A stretch of DNA of 63,905 nucleotides, the filler included, from Octopus bimaculoides (taxonomy: Eukaryota): assembly GCF_001194135.2 (NCBI RefSeq). It is 6 parts of 4 records of this genome, joined end to end, with 100 filler letters (N's around TTAATTAATTAA, not from the genome) between each part and the next. Parts side by side here need not be neighbours in the genome. Positions count along the whole stretch, not along the records: positions 29,878 to 46,470 come from NC_068985.1; positions 46,571 to 57,978 come from NC_068985.1; 4 more parts are not named here. One strand, 5' to 3'. This document shows positions 38,083 to 51,962 of this stretch, one piece after another (positions within the stretch are counted from its first letter, which is position 1; every line of letters begins with the position of its first letter). Both the position numbers and the translations under genes were made by a program. Below the pieces are notes generated by a model, which was given only the letters and a program-made list of their open reading frames with translations, ran no database searches and was not told the DNA's origin.

Positions 38083-38425
38083 AGGGTAAAGACCCCCATC
38101 CTACTTCTGTCATGAACGACCATGGGATTGCACTAAGAAAGTTACTCTCCGAAGCACAAGTCCGGGCAAGGTTGTTTGTAGAAGACCAGCGATCGCCCAT
38201 GCATATCAGCCTCCTCTCTCCACGCCAGCGATGTTATCCAAGGAAAAGGCCGATACAGCTTGGTACCAGTGACGTCACAACTCATTTCTACAGCTGAGTG
38301 AACTGGAACAACGTGAAATAAAGTGTCTTGTTCAAGAACACAACGCACAACCCAACTCAGGAATCGAACTCACTATCTCATGATTGGGAGCTCGACACTC
38401 TAACCACTGAGCTATGCGCCTTCAC
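38083..38425 (-). mobile_element. tRNA-derived SINE family C with a CORE-like central domain
   Basis: Minus strand has A box TAGCTCAGTGG, B box GAGTTCGATTCC, then gtgttcttgaacaagacactttatttcac...cactcagctgtagaaatgagt. Confidence 0.85.
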
Positions 38426-38623
38426 GGATACGCACAATTTATATCCAGGATTACTTTACCCTTTTCTTAAAGCAGTAAGGAATGATTTTATGGAAATTTA
38501 ATTCCAATTTGACGCATATATTTGGTTCGTGATTCTCCAAGTAATTTACCTCGCTGGTGCCGAGTTCATATCCCAAGCCATTGGGGTCTAATTTTAGTAG
38601 AAGTTCATGGGGCAATCTAGGTA

Positions 38624-38677
<54 letters not shown>

Positions 38678-38678
<1 letters not shown>

Positions 38679-38910
38679 GGCGGCGAACTGGCAGAAACGT
38701 TAGCACGCCGGGCGAAATGCTTAGCGGTATTTCGTCTGCCGCTACGTTCTGAGTTCAAATTCCGCCGAGGTCGACTTTGCCTTTCATCCTTTCGGGGTCG
38801 ATCAAATAAGTACCAGTTACACACTGGGGTCGGTATAATCGACTTAATCCGTTTGTCTGTCCTTGTTTGTCCCCTCTGTGTGTAGCCTCTTGTAGGTAGT
38901 AAAGAAATAA
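38678..38910 (+). mobile_element. SINE family A, CpG-rich and apparently young
   Basis: ggcggcgaactggcagaaacgttagcacgccgggcg...ttcaaattccgccgaggtcgac; 13 CpGs in the first ~97 nt. Confidence 0.92.
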
Positions 38911-41900
38911 CACACACACAAATATATATGCGGTGAGATCATATATATGCAGAGGGCGCTGATCTGACATATGTTGCGTTTGTGAGTTTTAAAACTAGAA
39001 GAAATTATCTCTTTCTTAGTTTGACCACATCGGATTTCTTCTAGAGAGGAAATGGTCGGATTTGAACTCACAACTCACAACCCAAAGAGCTAGAATAAAT
39101 ACCAAAGGCCACTCGGTCCAATATTCTTACACTTCCGCCATTCCACCGCCCTGGATTGGTGCTTTTAACTTTTATCGACCCCTCACCCCCATTCCACTCC
39201 ATATATTTCAGTTGAGCAATGAAACTGGGGAAACGAGTTTATTGTTCGTTAATAGAATGGACTTATTAAAATGAATAGACTTTTCAATGCCTGGGGTACG
39301 TGGGAAAGTTCATTTAAATAAAAGTAATCATTGGTAGTAAAGAGGTTGTGGAAAACTGCGGCAGGGTGGGGATTTGACCGGGGAAATCTGGCTGTTATTT
39401 CTTGCAGGCCGAGCGACAGGTTAGTCGCTCACTCGTTGACACCATATTGATTGTGTTAGCTGTAACCTGCGATGGTGAATAGAGAAAGAGAGAGAGAGGG
39501 AGAAGAGGTGAGAAAGTGCGTGCGTGTGTGTGTGTGCGTGTGTGTGTGAATGAGTAGGTAAACCCCATTAATTAAGGGTGAATCAACACTTGCATACCCT
39601 ACTAAATAAATGAGTCACCACCACTACTACTGCTACTACCTACTACCACTACCGCATCCTCAAGCACCACCATCAACGCCATTACATATCCCGCCCCTAC
39701 CCCCAAAACAACCATCAGCACCATCATCACACTACCACCATGACTACCGTCATCACGACGACGACGACGACGACTAAAACCACCAACACCNNNNNNNNNN
39801 NNNNNNNNNNNNNNNNNNNNNNNNNNNNNNNNNNNNNNNNNNNNNNNNNNNNNNNNNNNNNNNNNNNNNNNNNNNNNNNNNNNNNNNNNNNNNNNNNNNN
39901 NNNNNNNNNNNNNNNNNNNNNNNNNNNNNNNNNNNNNNNNNNNNNNNNNNNNNNNNNNNNNNNNNNNNNNNNNNNNNNNNNNNNNNNNNNNNNNNNNNNN
40001 NNNNNNNNNNNNNNNNNNNNNCCACCACCACCACCACCACCACCACCACTACAACCACCAGCACCATCATCTTCACCAGTTATTACACTATTACACACAG
40101 AGTGCTCAGTTCACTGAAAGTTGAAAGTGTTGTTGTTTAGCCCTAGGCCAGTTCTGAACGAGTAGACCTATGATCAAAAAGTACCATCCATAACAAACTT
40201 CATTGAATTTTCAGGCAAGATATCAAGACGTATTAAAAAGTTTCTGACTTCCGTTTCGACATGGTAAGGTATTGTTTAAGGGAATTTGGATGCTTTTTCC
40301 TCGAAAGCTGAGCGATCATAGAGGGATATTCTCAGTGATTCAATCTGTGGTAAGTAGGTTCCAGTTCGATGGTGGGGTTGCTTTCTTTTTTCGGTGTTTT
40401 GTCAGGACGGAGGAAATCATCCATGACCTTCTTCAGGATCTCTTAGACTAGTGGGAACGAATAGGAACGAAAAGCATCTTCTAACCATGAGATCAGACTC
40501 CAATGCTTGCAACTGAACAGGCTAAAAAAAAAGAAAAACTGCCAGGAGACCAAAGGGCAGTGAAAAACCGAGTGATGGAGTAAGTCTACCATGCAGCGGC
40601 GGGATTTGAACTCAGAAGACAAAGAGTTGAAACAAATACCGCAAGGTGTCCTATCCGACGCTCTGATAATCCCCTTGGTCCACTTGTAGACTAGACAGGC
40701 ACTTTATATATCGACTCTCGAAGAATAAAAGGCAAGTTTGATTTCAGCGGGATTTGATCTCAGAATGCTAGTAATCAGAGCAAATACTATAAGGCATTTT
40801 ATCTATGGCCGTAAAGACCGCCAACTCGATGGAGGCTGTTGTTGTTATTGTTGGAAGGTGATGGTGGCGACAGAGGTTGTGGTGGTAGTGTTAGTGGTGG
40901 AGGGAATGGGTTGTTGTTGTTGTTGATCGTGGAGAAGTGCCGAGGGTGCCGCTGCTGTTGTTGTTGTTGTTGGTGGTGGTGGTAGTAAAGATGGTGTTAT
41001 AACCATGGCGTTGTAGATGTTGCTTAACACTAGGCTAGACTCATGCCCAAGGACAATGCAGCTTTAACTATAGGTCTGGTTGTTCAGGGGCGACCTGGCA
41101 GCAGGAGCAACAATAAACACTACCACATCAATAATAAAAACAACAGCAGCAACAACTTTCACTATAACTTCACCACCAACAAAAAGGAAGCAATAACAAC
41201 AACCACTACAAGAACATACCAGTTTCTCACACTTCTATAGACCACATTTAACTCTAAATATACAAGACACAAACCATGAGACACCGTACCCACATTTATT
41301 CAACATGCGTGACATAAACTAACGCACTATATTTACAAACACTGCATTAAGAGAACCACAGTTCTAGCAATCTCAGCTTTCATACCATCACATTTGACGC
41401 ATGATTTTCTGCACCTACTTTCACTTTCTATCTTACATTTATTCTATTCTTAATTTCAATATTCATTTATTTTTCTTTATTTCTTTCTACTTTTCCTTCT
41501 ATATTTCGTTCTTGATTTCCCTTCTTTCTATCGTTCTTTCTTGTTTTCAATCTCTTTTTTTTTTGTCTTTTTCTTAATTTTCATTATCCTCTTCATTTTT
41601 ATTTTTGCTTCAATAGTTCGCTTCTTTTTCAAAATCTTACGGAAATATATTATCAATATTTCCGATTTAATATTGCTTTCTTTATCTTTTTTTTCATTAA
41701 AATTATTGAATGTCTTTTTTCTTAAACGTCATTCCCTTCCTCTCATTAAGCTATCTTCTCTCTTCTCCACCACCACCACCACCACCACCGCNNNNNNNNN
41801 NNNNNNNNNNNNNNNNNNNNNNNNNNNNNNNNNNNNNNNNNNNNNNNNNNNNNNNNNNNNNNNNNNNNNNNNNNNNNNNNNNNNNNNNNNNNNNNNNNNN

Positions 41901-42966
41901 NNNNNNNNNNNNNNNNNNNNNNNNNNNNNNNNNNNNNNNNNNNNNNNNNNNNNNNNNNNNNNNNNNNNNNNNNNNNNNNNNNNNNNNNNNNNNNNNNNNN
42001 NNNNNNNNNNNNNNNNNNNNNNNNNNNNNNNNNNNNNNNNNNNNNNNNNNNNNNNNNNNNNNNNNNNNNNNNNNNNNNNNNNNNNNNNNNNNNNNNNNNN
42101 NNNNNNNNNNNNNNNNNNNNNNNNNNNNNNNNNNNNNNNNNNNNNNNNNNNNNNNNNNNNNNNNNNNNNNNNNNNNNNNNNNNNNNNNNNNNNNNNNNNN
42201 NNNNNNNNNNNNNNNNNNNNNNNNNNNNNNNNNNNNNNNNNNNNNNNNNNNNNNNNNNNNNNNNNNNNNNNNNNNNNNNNNNNNNNNNNNNNNNNNNNNN
42301 NNNNNNNNNNNNNNNNNNNNNNNNNNNNNNNNNNNNNNNNNNNNNNNNNNNNNNNNNNNNNNNNNNNNNNNNNNNNNNNNNNNNNNNNNNNNNNNNNNNN
42401 NNNNNNNNNNNNNNNNNNNNNNNNNNNNNNNNNNNNNNNNNNNNNNNNNNNNNNNNNNNNNNNNNNNNNNNNNNNNNNNNNNNNNNNNNNNNNNNNNNNN
42501 NNNNNNNNNNNNNNNNNNNNNNNNNNNNNNNNNNNNNNNNNNNNNNNNNNNNNNNNNNNNNNNNNNNNNNNNNNNNNNNNNNNNNNNNNNNNNNNNNNNN
42601 NNNNNNNNNNNNNNNNNNNNNNNNNNNNNNNNNNNNNNNNNNNNNNNNNNNNNNNNNNNNNNNNNNNNNNNNNNNNNNNNNNNNNNNNNNNNNNNNNNNN
42701 NNNNNNNNNNNNNATATACATACACATGCACACACACACACATGCACATGACTCTGTGTGTATGTGGGGGTGGGGTGGTGGTGGTGACTGTATGCATATA
42801 AACAGAACGGGGAACCCCCCCCCCCCCAATAAATTTGGAAAACGATATGGCGGCTTGCTGTGAGTAACATGCCAAACACTTCCGGAGTTTCATTTTCTGT
42901 CATTTCATTTTTCCCCTCTTTTTGTACCCTCTTTATACTCGCTTCACTTCTTTTTAACTCGTACAT

Positions 42967-43003
<37 letters not shown>

Positions 43004-43849
43004 AAAATACACATACACGTATAAAAAAGAATGCACATATACACTCACACACATATATACACACACACACGCACACGTACACACAGCATATGCACGCATA
43101 TACACACTGGAAGCTCTGGAACCCTATTCATCGTAACCGACAGAATGCCAGTATATAGACATAGTGCATATACATATGCACATACATAAATACACCCCCG
43201 CCGCATATATACATTTGCCAAAAAATGAATAGATTTCTATTCATTCTTTTGCAAATGGCTTTTCTTATAACTTTTCCACTTTGATAATTAGATATAATTA
43301 TCAAAGTCGAAAAATGATCAGAAAAGCCATTTCTATTAACTGTTTTTTCAAATATATAATACAGTACCAAGGACTTTCTATTTCTTATTCTACCATATAT
43401 ATATATATATATANNNNNNNNNNNNNNNNNNNNNNNNNNNNNNNNNNNNNNNNNNNNNNNNNNNNNNNNNNNNNNNNNNNNNNNNNNNNNNNNNNNNNNN
43501 NNNNNNNNNNNNNNNNNNNNNNNNNNNNNNNNNNNNNNNNNNNNNNNNNNNNNNNNNNNNNNNNNNNNNNNNNNNNNNNNNNNNNNNNNNNNNNNNNNNN
43601 NNNNNNNNNNNNNNNNNNNNNNNNNNNNNNNNNNNNNNNNNNNNNNNNNNNNNNNNNNNNNNNNNNNNNNNNNNNNNNNNNNNNNNNNNNNNNNNNNNNN
43701 NNNNNNNNNNNNNNNNNNNNNNNNNNNNNNNNNNNNNNNNNNNNNNNNNNNNNNNNNNNNNNNCGTACATATGTATGCGTCTATATGCGCGTGCGTATAT
43801 GTGTGTGTTTGTATGTGACGCTGCTCCCCGGTTTGTTGACGTAAATCCT

Positions 43850-44185
43850 TTCTTCCAGGCATCCATGATTGGGACCTTCTTTTGCGCCCGGCCATTCAAA
43901 GTAGACCTCACACATGGTTCCAGCAAGATGTGGCAACAGCTCATACCGTAAGAGAAACAATGCAATTGCTACGGCAGTGCTTTGGAAAGAGAATAATCTC
44001 CCGCTATGCCAATGTCAACTGGCCTTCATATTCCTCAGGCTTGATTAGTCTGGATTTTTTCTTGTGGGGATACCTGAAAGAGAGGGTTTACGCCAACAAA
44101 CCGGAGCACTTGGTGCAACTGAAGGAGAACATCAATAAAAAAGTCAGAGAAGTCGGGCCCGAAACTCTCGAGGCTGTTATGATCG
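43850..44185 (+). mobile_element. DD41D (rosa-type) mariner-like transposase fragment
   Basis: WFQQDVATAHT...WPSYSSGLISLDFFLWGYLKERVY; 41 residues counted between the QQD and LDFF aspartates. Truncated by a SINE at the 3' side. Confidence 0.85.
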
Positions 44186-44480
44186 ATTAAATAAGTACCA
44201 GTTACGCATTGGGGTCGATATAATCGACTTAATCCGTCTGTCTGTCCTTGTTTGTCCCCTCGTGTGTAGCCCCTTGTGGGCAGTAAAGAAATAAGAAACA
44301 CTAGCACGCGGGGCGAAATGCTTAGCGGTATTTCGTCTGTCTTTATGTTCTGAGTTCAAATTCCACCGAGGTCGACTTTGCCTTTTATCCTTTCGGGGTC
44401 GATAAATTAAGTACCAGTTGTGTACTGGGGTCGATCTTCCCCCAAACTTTCGGGCTTTGTACCTAGAGTAGAAGAGAAAA
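44183..44480 (+). mobile_element. Two adjacent SINE family A segments with alternative tails
   Basis: A 3' part (tail as in the 38678 copy) is followed by a second head-truncated copy with the tail seen at 33814. Confidence 0.8.
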
Positions 44481-45254
44481 ACATATAAAAACATAATTTA
44501 GTCAATTATGTTTTTATAGAAAAAAAAAAAATTAATTGAATAATTAATTTATTTATTCAAATAATTCTTACGAAAAAATAAAATGCTCTCCAATTGGAGT
44601 AAAGCTTGCACTGGAGGCGGCGGAGGTGGCNNNNNNNNNNNNNNNNNNNNNNNNNNNNNNNNNNNNNNNNNNNNNNNNNNNNNNNNNNNNNNNNNNNNNN
44701 NNNNNNNNNNNNNNNNNNNNNNNNNNNNNNNNNNNNNNNNNNNNNNNNNNNNNNNNNNNNNNNNNNNNNNNNNNNNNNNNNNNNNNNNNNNNNNNNNNNN
44801 NNNNNNNNNNNNNNNNNNNNNNNNNNNNNNNNNNNNNNNNNNNNNNNNNNNNNNNNNNNNNNNNNNNNNNNNNNNNNNNNNNNNNNNNNNNNNNNNNNNN
44901 NNNNNNNNNNNNNNNNNNNNNNNNNNNNNNNNNNNNNNNNNNNNNNNNNNNNNNNNNNNNNNNNNNNNNNNNNNNNNNNNNNNNNNNNNNNNNNNNNNNN
45001 NNNNNNNNNNNNNNNNNNNNNNNNNNNNNNNNNNNNNNNNNNNNNNNNNNNNNNNNNNNNNNNNNNNNNNNNNNNNNNNNNNNNNNNNNNNNNNNNNNNN
45101 NNNNNNNNNNNNNNNNNCGTTTCCTACTCTCTGCCACATACTCTTCCCTTCACTCTTTCCATTGAACCCCCTCCTTTCTTTCTCTCTTATATAAAAAAAA
45201 TATATTCTATTGTGTCTTTTGCACGTTGAGTATTATTTTTTTATTTTTATATAT

Positions 45255-45426
45255 TTTTAAAAAATTTTATCTGCCTCAAATGATTTGTTTTCGGTGTAAT
45301 TGAAAGGTTTTGCTGGAGCTGGGGCTTTTTTTGTTGTTGTCCCTGTGGCAAATACAGAGATCGTCATCATCGTCGTCATCATCGTCATCACCAACACCAC
45401 CACCACCAATATCGTCGTCGTCATGG

Positions 45427-45468
<42 letters not shown>

Positions 45469-46030
45469 GCGTCATTGTCGCTTATACCGTCGTTTCTGAT
45501 TGTCTTCCGCCTCGTCTTCGTCGTCCTCATTCTCCTTATGATTACTGTCATCAACATTATCATCATCATCATCATTACCACCATCATCTCGTCCCCTCCA
45601 TCCCTCCTCGCCCTGCCCTTCATTCTATCCTCCTCCTTATCATCATCATAATCATCATTATAATCACCATGTTTCTCCCCTCTTTTTCCTGCTCCTCCTC
45701 ACCCTCTTCCTTCCCCCTCTTCCTCCTCCCCCCCTCTTCCTTCCCCTCTTCCTCCACCTCTCCTTCTACATCATCATCACCATCATCATTCTCCCCTCTT
45801 CACTTTCTTCTTCTTCTTGTTCTTCTTCCTCCTCCTCTTCCTCCTCCTCTTCATCATCATCATAATCATCATTATAATCATCAAGATTCTTCCCTCTTCT
45901 CCGTTCTCCTCCTCATCATCATCATAATCAAGATTCTCCCTGCTTCCTCTTCTTCCTCCCCTTCCTCCTCTTCCCCCTCCTCCTTCTCCTCCTCCTCCTC
46001 CCCCTCATCACCATCATCACCATCATCATT
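45255..46030. repeat. Compound trinucleotide low-complexity tract (CAT/CTT/CCT)
   Basis: Directly visible; source of spurious ORFs. Confidence 0.9.
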
Positions 46031-46570
46031 GTTATTCAGGCTTAAATTACAGCATCATTGTGTGTGACTAAAATCATTTAAGGGATCCCAGTTAGAATGT
46101 TATATGTTACAACCGTTTTCTTCGCAAATTGTCTTTTTTTTGGTGGGGTGGGGTTCACCTTTCATGTTTTGTATCGTTTTTCCCTAACATTTGTTTATAT
46201 ATATTAATTAATTTTATTTTTGTAATTTCTTCCCCCCCTGATTGCTTTTATCTTTCTTTTCTTTCCTTTTTTACCAAATATTTCTTTTGATGTTCTTATT
46301 TTTGCCTCAGCTTAATTTTATCTTTTTTATTTAATTAACGAAAATACATATAAAATAAAATATAGCTAATAGAAACCATTATTAGCATTGTTGTCTTCGT
46401 CGTTCTGGTTATTGTCATTATTATTATTTTTATTATAATTATTATTTGTAGTAGTAGTAGTAGTAGTAGTNNNNNNNNNNNNNNNNNNNNNNNNNNNNNN
46501 NNNNNNNNNNNNNNTTAATTAATTAANNNNNNNNNNNNNNNNNNNNNNNNNNNNNNNNNNNNNNNNNNNN

Positions 46571-46616
<46 letters not shown>

Positions 46617-47053
46617 GTACGTATATTCATTCCTGTTTCAGATATACTTATCTTTCTAACTTATCCATTCAGATATAAATATACACATTTCTTTCACATA
46701 AGCAGAGACAATCTGACAGTGAAGCCATACACACACAAACACAAATTCATTGCAAAGCGAAAATCATCGACACAAAAACAAACAGACTTCCACACAACGC
46801 CTTGCCCTGCATTCCTGTTATATAGCGTCGGAATTTCAGCAAAAGCGCTGACACAATTCAGAATTTGCAAATTCCTTTCACTATTATTTATTGATATTCA
46901 CACATAATTTGTACGTTCATTTCACTCCAACTTACTGATATTCCTTATCAAAAGCATTTCTCATTCTTTTAAGCGATGATATACTCATTTTCCTTGCATT
47001 ACTGTAACATAGGTTCCGAATTTCAGTTCTCAATTATTTATTTATTATAAAAA

Positions 47054-47250
47054 ATGTCTCATAAAAAACCCGTCACAAAACAAACACCAAAAAATGCACG
47101 ACATGCATCAGAAAACGACGATGAGACGCGCACGGCTTGCAGATCAGCGACAGAGAAAGAAATCTCAACGTGCATCTGAAACCGAACATCAACGAAATGC
47201 ACGACTTTCAGCTGATCCTCTTCGCAAAGTATCACATCGTATGCAAAATA
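47054..47250 (+). mobile_element. Helitron-like Rep/Hel N-terminal repeat fragment
   Basis: RHASENDDE.RARLADQRQRKKSQRASETEHQRNARLSADPLRK (one frameshift) resembles the RASET.EQR.ARL repeats of animal Helitron ORFs. Confidence 0.5.
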
Positions 47251-48842
47251 ACAACACAAGAAACTGCAAACAGACTTACAGATGGCCAACAGAAAATGCT
47301 ATTGATCTTTCTTCTTCGATTATTACATAGTTTTCTCTCCTAAAAATGTACACATACAGGAGGAGTAAATTATACATATTATAATACATTCAACGTGCCT
47401 CCCATTAAACAGTAATATACAATACAAGATTATGTTACTTAGAGACAGATGTAAAATTATCAGTATATATCGAGAAAACAACGAAGGCTAATAAATATGG
47501 CATGCAGAAAACTTATAATGAAAAGAGGATATGTTCACTTAATAGAATATGCTTAGAGAATCCCAAGCACAGAGACATCTAATATTTACATCTTCGAAGA
47601 CAACTTTAGTTCATGATTGCATAAACCTGCATCTATCTTCGTGAAATATAATTTAAAGACGAGTGTATAAAACGTTTAGATATTCAATGTGCATTCAACT
47701 AAATAGCACAGGCTATATAAATAAGTGAAGTAGTGTTAGAAAGAAGCATACACCAAAGGGATATATAGTTTAAATATTAATCAGAAATACTATCAAACAT
47801 TTCCTGCTAATTTGCCTGGTCGAAAAAGAACATGATTGTTCTGATGAACCCAGATAATTCGACCAGAAGATTATAATATACGCCTCCACGTATAGAGAAG
47901 CCACAATTCTATTATTAAAAAATGATAGTGGTAGTTATGTCATTTGATGAACGTCTCTTTAGTAAGATATTTGAAGTAATAGAAAATAGTCATCACCTTC
48001 ATTATGCATATTGTTCATGTGAATGTCTGTGTGCCTGTGAGCATCTGTATTTTTGTTGCTGAAAATATTAACTGACTATGATTTACTGCGGTTACATATA
48101 AAAGAAAGAAGACTGATGTTAGAAAATATCTGCGTCTTTACTGAAAAGAAATTCTATTTTAAGAATGTTCACATTGAAAGAATATTGGGCTATTAACCTG
48201 CAGTTCTTCAACACTCCATAAACCGTTCAATTGTTCTATACAAATGTGAAAAAATAAAGCATAAATAATGGCGACAAACGGTTGTAATTTAGAGATTGGG
48301 TGAATGAGGAAGATGTTTGCTATTTTCTCAAATAAAGGCTATAAACATGGAGCAGAAATGTTTTAATTTAGGTTTGTTGAAGAGGAAGAAATTTGTAATT
48401 TTACAAACATTGATTGAAAAGAATGGAAGTGGGGAGGAAACAAACGCGAAAGTATAAGAGTTTAGGAAATTTTGCCAGCTCTTTATTATTTTGCATTATC
48501 AACACAATATTTTTTTATATTTTAACAAACCATTAATGATAAGGAAAATTAAAGTGAAGTCAACTGTGTATTCACAAATGCAATAGATATTTCTAAGACG
48601 CATCTGTTCACTGGGGGAATGTTCACCACGCCTGTATATATGAACGTAATCACACATATGAATTACTTAATATGTTTAATATTTCAAATCTCCTCTGTCT
48701 CTGCTTAGAGTATACCATCCACCATGTGTACACATGCAAATATACAATATGTTTCATATAATTATGAGAATGTGACCATATATATTAGAGTGGTGCTATG
48801 GTCGTATATGTATATTATACATGAGTATAAATATGCATGTAT

Positions 48843-48886
<44 letters not shown>

Positions 48887-49253
48887 GCGTGTGTGTGCGT
48901 GCGTGCGTGTGTGTGTGTTTGCGTGTGTGTGCGAGTGTGTGTAAGAGAGAGAGAGAAAGAGAGAGAGTGAGAGAAAGAGAAAGAGTGAAAGACTATACAT
49001 ATGCAACAGCTACATGAAATAGAAGCATTATTAAAATTTAATAGTGGTCAATATATCAAACTTAGTGTAGATAGAACACTGAAATGCAAATCTACTCTAC
49101 TTCGGTATTCGCCCGGAGATAACATCGCTTATGGATGGGCTGTGATTAAAGATATCATATATAATGGAAATACACACCAAGCATCCCAAAGATAGCTTGC
49201 GAAAACGGGGCTCTGTCAATGTCGCGTACGCACAGTTAACTATATGCTTACGC

Positions 49254-50930
49254 GAGATTTGTCAACTCTAGTATAGAAGTAGACAGTGAATGAACGTTTG
49301 CTGGTATTACGAATAGGAACGCGGCGAAATAAATCTCAGTTATATGCAATGGAAGCACTACTGAAATAAAATAGCCTGCCACGTTTCATTAATGTAAATA
49401 CGTCGCTGAAAGGCAAGTGCAATACAGTACTAGTCTACAGATAGCATCTCTTATAGACGTTTGAAAACACAATATACAACGAAGGGAGACGGAAATCGTC
49501 CACTAAGTATGTCGGTACAGTGATGTTTGAAATGCTTTTTTGCTAAATGTTTACTTCATCAGTACCGAAATGTTGTTAAACAATAACATCATCTCGAAAC
49601 ATCAATGGCTGAAATTATAGATAGTCGCTTAACGTGACAGAAATAGTAGCCATATTTCTATCAAATCACACCAAACAATCCACAACATATACAGGATAAT
49701 GTAGATTTAGATTCACCGCATTTTAAGCAACGATTGGATGATCATTTACCGAAAAACAGTTGATATAAGGTATACTCCAGAAGGTCCTGCCCTGGGCTAA
49801 ATACTATCATTATCAGTAAAAACAACCCGGAATTATGTAAAATATGCACCTAGACTAAGTGGGTATTATTGCAAAGTATGTGACACAAACTAGATTATTT
49901 TTAATTCTGATGTATCACTAAAGAATCTTTGGATTCGCTTATTCCTAGAATTGATGTCAATAACTTTCTCTGGTCATTATTTTACTGTGTTAAGATCTGA
50001 TATCTTATAAAATGAAAAGAAGCTATGAAGTAAAAACCACAATAAAGATAGTGTAACCTTTTTAAAGAAGCATTATAAAAGTATGGTCTATTAGAGGTAT
50101 AATGCAAAACATGTTAAGATATGTCATGACAATATAAATAAGTAGATATCCTTAACCATGTTTTCTATTATAACCGAACACAGTGTGACTTAAATGTGAC
50201 AAAACCAAAGTATATTGAATGTGTACAATCTTTTTCTGTTCCTACCTACCTACCTACCTACCTATAAACAGATTGCTATTTGTAGGAACTCGTTCGACTG
50301 CGTTAAATCTCTTACATTTGCATTTAGTCTTTCTTTGAAGAACGAAACTTTATTTGACAGCCGGAATTTATATCCAGCAATAGCATTGCATTTCGGAGGT
50401 CTTGCTGCGAACCGTGCGTTGGTATTGCATTTTTTATTATTTTTTCTTACAATTGAAGGCTGTTCATTTCCTGATGCATGTCGAGATTTCTATCTGGTTG
50501 ACCACTGTTTTTTTTTCATTAAGTCATTCTTCGTGGCATCTTTTGGTAAATCTAAGAAAATCTGTTACAAATTTGATCAAATACTATTTTAGGCAGACCT
50601 GGTGTTCTTGGATAGATTCATGTGAAGGTGGAGATGGATACTGCTGAAATTCCTCTGTGATACGTTTTTGAAGTTCAACATGATGATTAGGGCATAAAAA
50701 AGTGTGATATGAGATTTGTCGATGATAGTGCTGAGGTAAACAATGAATAAACATTTGGTGGTTTTAAGAATAACTACGAGGCTAAATAAAACTCAGTTAT
50801 AAGCAATGGAAGCAGTACTGGAATAAAGTAGTCATTTAAGTTTCATCATTAAAGAAAATACGTTGCTGAAAGACAAATGTAGTATGGTACTTGTCTGCAG
50901 ATAGCATCTCTTATGGACGTTTAAAAATAC
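49254..50930 (+). repeat. Diverged ~220-bp direct repeat pair (49254-49470 and 50711-50930)
   Basis: Shared gagatttgtc, ctcagttata.gcaatggaagca.tactg, cgt.gctgaaag and cagatagcatctcttat.gacgttt. Confidence 0.75.
50390..50550 (-). mobile_element. Second Helitron-like N-terminal repeat fragment, inverted relative to 47054
   Basis: The reverse complement of 50459-50491 matches 47158-47190 at 26/33 nt; NARFAARPPK is homologous to NARLSADPLRK. Confidence 0.45.
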
Positions 50931-51857
50931 TGTATTCATCGAGAGGATTAATACAGTATACTGATTCGTGGTACGAGTTTCAGTCAGATGAGGACTTCTA
51001 TGATGATCATTCGGTGATCCATCATGAGCGCGTTTCCTGACTACAGCCCTGTGAGCATATGCTGTGCTTCTGGTGATAAGATAGCTGATGAAAATGTCAA
51101 CGTTTCGAACTCAAGTGCATCTACGATGTATTGTATACCTTCTACTTTGAATCTGAACAAAGTATTTGTAACGACAAAGCTGAGCTCACAGCTAAGATTG
51201 AGAAACAAAAAAAATTCAAGTTGACGCTAGCGCCTTCTTTCTTCAATGAACTCTTTGTTCGAAGCCTTGCTTTTAGGTCACCTATTATATGCACATTATT
51301 GTGCTTGAAGAATGGAAGAAGAAACCCAAACAAATATGTGTGAAAGGATTCCTTCATATCGCACTAAGCTACAAAGTTGGAGATATAAACTGAGTATGTT
51401 GATACATTGTCTTCCTGTAAGTAAACATCCCATGTTTATTAACAGCATGAGCAACGACACTAAGTTGCTTCTTGATGGAAATCTTGGTGGGAAATCAATG
51501 CCCAGGCTTCAGTTTGACTCCCATTTTTAAGCTGATTAATCCTGTTATTTGTCCATTACGTATCACGTCTTATGAGAATGCCGACAATACATCGCTGGAA
51601 TTCCTTCCTGAATTATGTATGAATGTGTGTATATATATACAAATATATGTCTTTGATTATTCAAATCTGATTTGCGTACTATCACCTCATTCGAAGAAAT
51701 CCTATCTAAAGCCCATGGATTTGCCTCATATACACTCGGCTGCGGTTCCTTTAGAAATATACACGAGTCAATAGGGGATAGTAAAGTGGTTTTTACACAT
51801 GAATGTTAGTTTGGAATATAATTTAGTCAAATAAGCAGAGAAGCTGCCGCAGACCAG

Positions 51858-51962
51858 AAGCAGCAGCAGCAGCGGCAGAAGCAGCAGAAGCAGCAGCAGC
51901 AGCAGCAGCAGAAGCAGCAGCAGAAGCAGCAGTAGAAGCAGCAGCAGAAGCAGCAGCAGCTA
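51858..51962. repeat. (GCA)n/GAA compound microsatellite
   Basis: Directly visible. Confidence 0.9.

Noticed and set aside
39090-39150. CCAAT plus ACTTCCGCCATT (ETS/YY1-like) promoter signature
   Set aside because: It aligns with a decayed minus-strand family A SINE head.
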